From Prasinococcaceae sp. CCMP 1430 (taxonomy: Eukaryota; Plantae; Prasinodermophyta), in contig RQSC01000663.1 of NCBI GenBank assembly GCA_013416795.1, forward strand, positions 1 to 18,238: a DNA stretch of 18,238 bases. Direction: 5' to 3'. The notes beneath the pieces are model-generated. The model did no database searches, was not told the DNA's origin, and saw nothing but the letters and a program-made list of their open reading frames with translations. A program made the translations under genes and the position numbers. Shown in pieces: positions 17,731 through 18,238 of the stretch (position 1 is the stretch's first letter; every line of letters starts with the position of its first letter).

Positions 17731-18096
17731 ATGAACCGCCCCGACCAGCATGAGAAGTTCGTCGTTCCGGAGCACCTAGAGAAGGTGTCCTTCGAGCGCG
17801 ACACCAAGGTGCCCAACGCCGGCACGTTCGTGCTGCAGCGCGAGGACCACACCGCGGGAAACCTGCTGCGCATGCAGCTGCTGCGCAACGAGAACGTGCT
17901 GTTCTCCGGGTACATGATGCCCCACCCGCTCGAGTACCACGTCGTGCTCAAGGTGCAGACCACGCGGAAGTCCGCGCCGATCGAGGCTGTCAAGGGCGCC
18001 GTGGAGGACCTCAAGGAGGAGCTCGCGACGCTCAGGCAGTCGGTGCTGGAGGAGGTGGAGCGCGTCAAGCAGGAAGATCCCATGGCCATGGAGTGA
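17731..18096 (+). CDS. RPB11: RNA polymerase II subunit RPB11 (POLR2J/NRPB11), intronless, 121 aa
   Basis: MNRPDQHEKFVVP...KVSFERDTKVPNAGTF...EDHTAGNLLRMQL...VLFSGY..PHPL...VQTT. This is the RPB11 EDHTxGN signature, with a plant-like N-terminus. Confidence 0.96.
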   Translation: MNRPDQHEKFVVPEHLEKVSFERDTKVPNAGTFVLQREDHTAGNLLRMQLLRNENVLFSGYMMPHPLEYHVVLKVQTTRKSAPIEAVKGAVEDLKEELATLRQSVLEEVERVKQEDPMAME

Positions 18097-18238
18097 GCGC
18101 CGCAGCGCGCCGCCCTCGCGACGCGCGGCGCGGGGGATCCCGCGCCAGCCACAGCTGCGCTCTCCACCCAACGGGCACAACCCTAGCGTGCTCGCTGAGC
18201 GCCCGCCCCGCGCGCGCGGGCGGACGCGCGCGGCGGCG

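Noticed and set aside
197-18180. Dozens of long overlapping or antisense Arg/Ala/Pro-rich ORFs (for example 669-1769, 3512-4609, 12656-14035, 13855-15231, 16758-17663, 17442-18167)
   Set aside because: These are shadow frames expected at this GC content, where stop codons are rare. They have no recognisable motifs, and many start at non-ATG codons.

Overview
Gene-dense, very GC-rich (about 70% by eye) eukaryotic nuclear DNA with GT-AG introns, most with GTGCG donors. Plant-type RPS6 and RPB11 sequences, a transit-peptide-like N-terminus and a flagellar gene point to a green alga, probably prasinophyte-like (inference). Nine protein genes, in order: 5'-partial DDHD phospholipase (+), divergent bacterial-type Sir2 protein (+), P5A-ATPase (-, 3 exons), YqiA/UPF0227-like alpha/beta hydrolase with Gly at the nucleophile position (+, 4 exons), SnoaL/NTF2-like protein with an apparent frameshift (-), CFAP99 (+), RPS6 (-, 3 exons), an internal fragment of ELP1 (-) and RPB11 (+). 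No CRISPR, rRNA, tRNA or recognisable mobile element was found. The oddest points: ELP1 lacks room for its N-terminal propeller unless RPB11 is nested antisense in one of its introns; RPS6 intron 2 carries a back-to-back acceptor-G-donor site; and two AT-rich islands share collinear motifs. Family assignments come from recalled motifs, not from database searches. The ORF track uses GTG/CTG/TTG starts and ignores splicing, so the gene models were rebuilt by hand.
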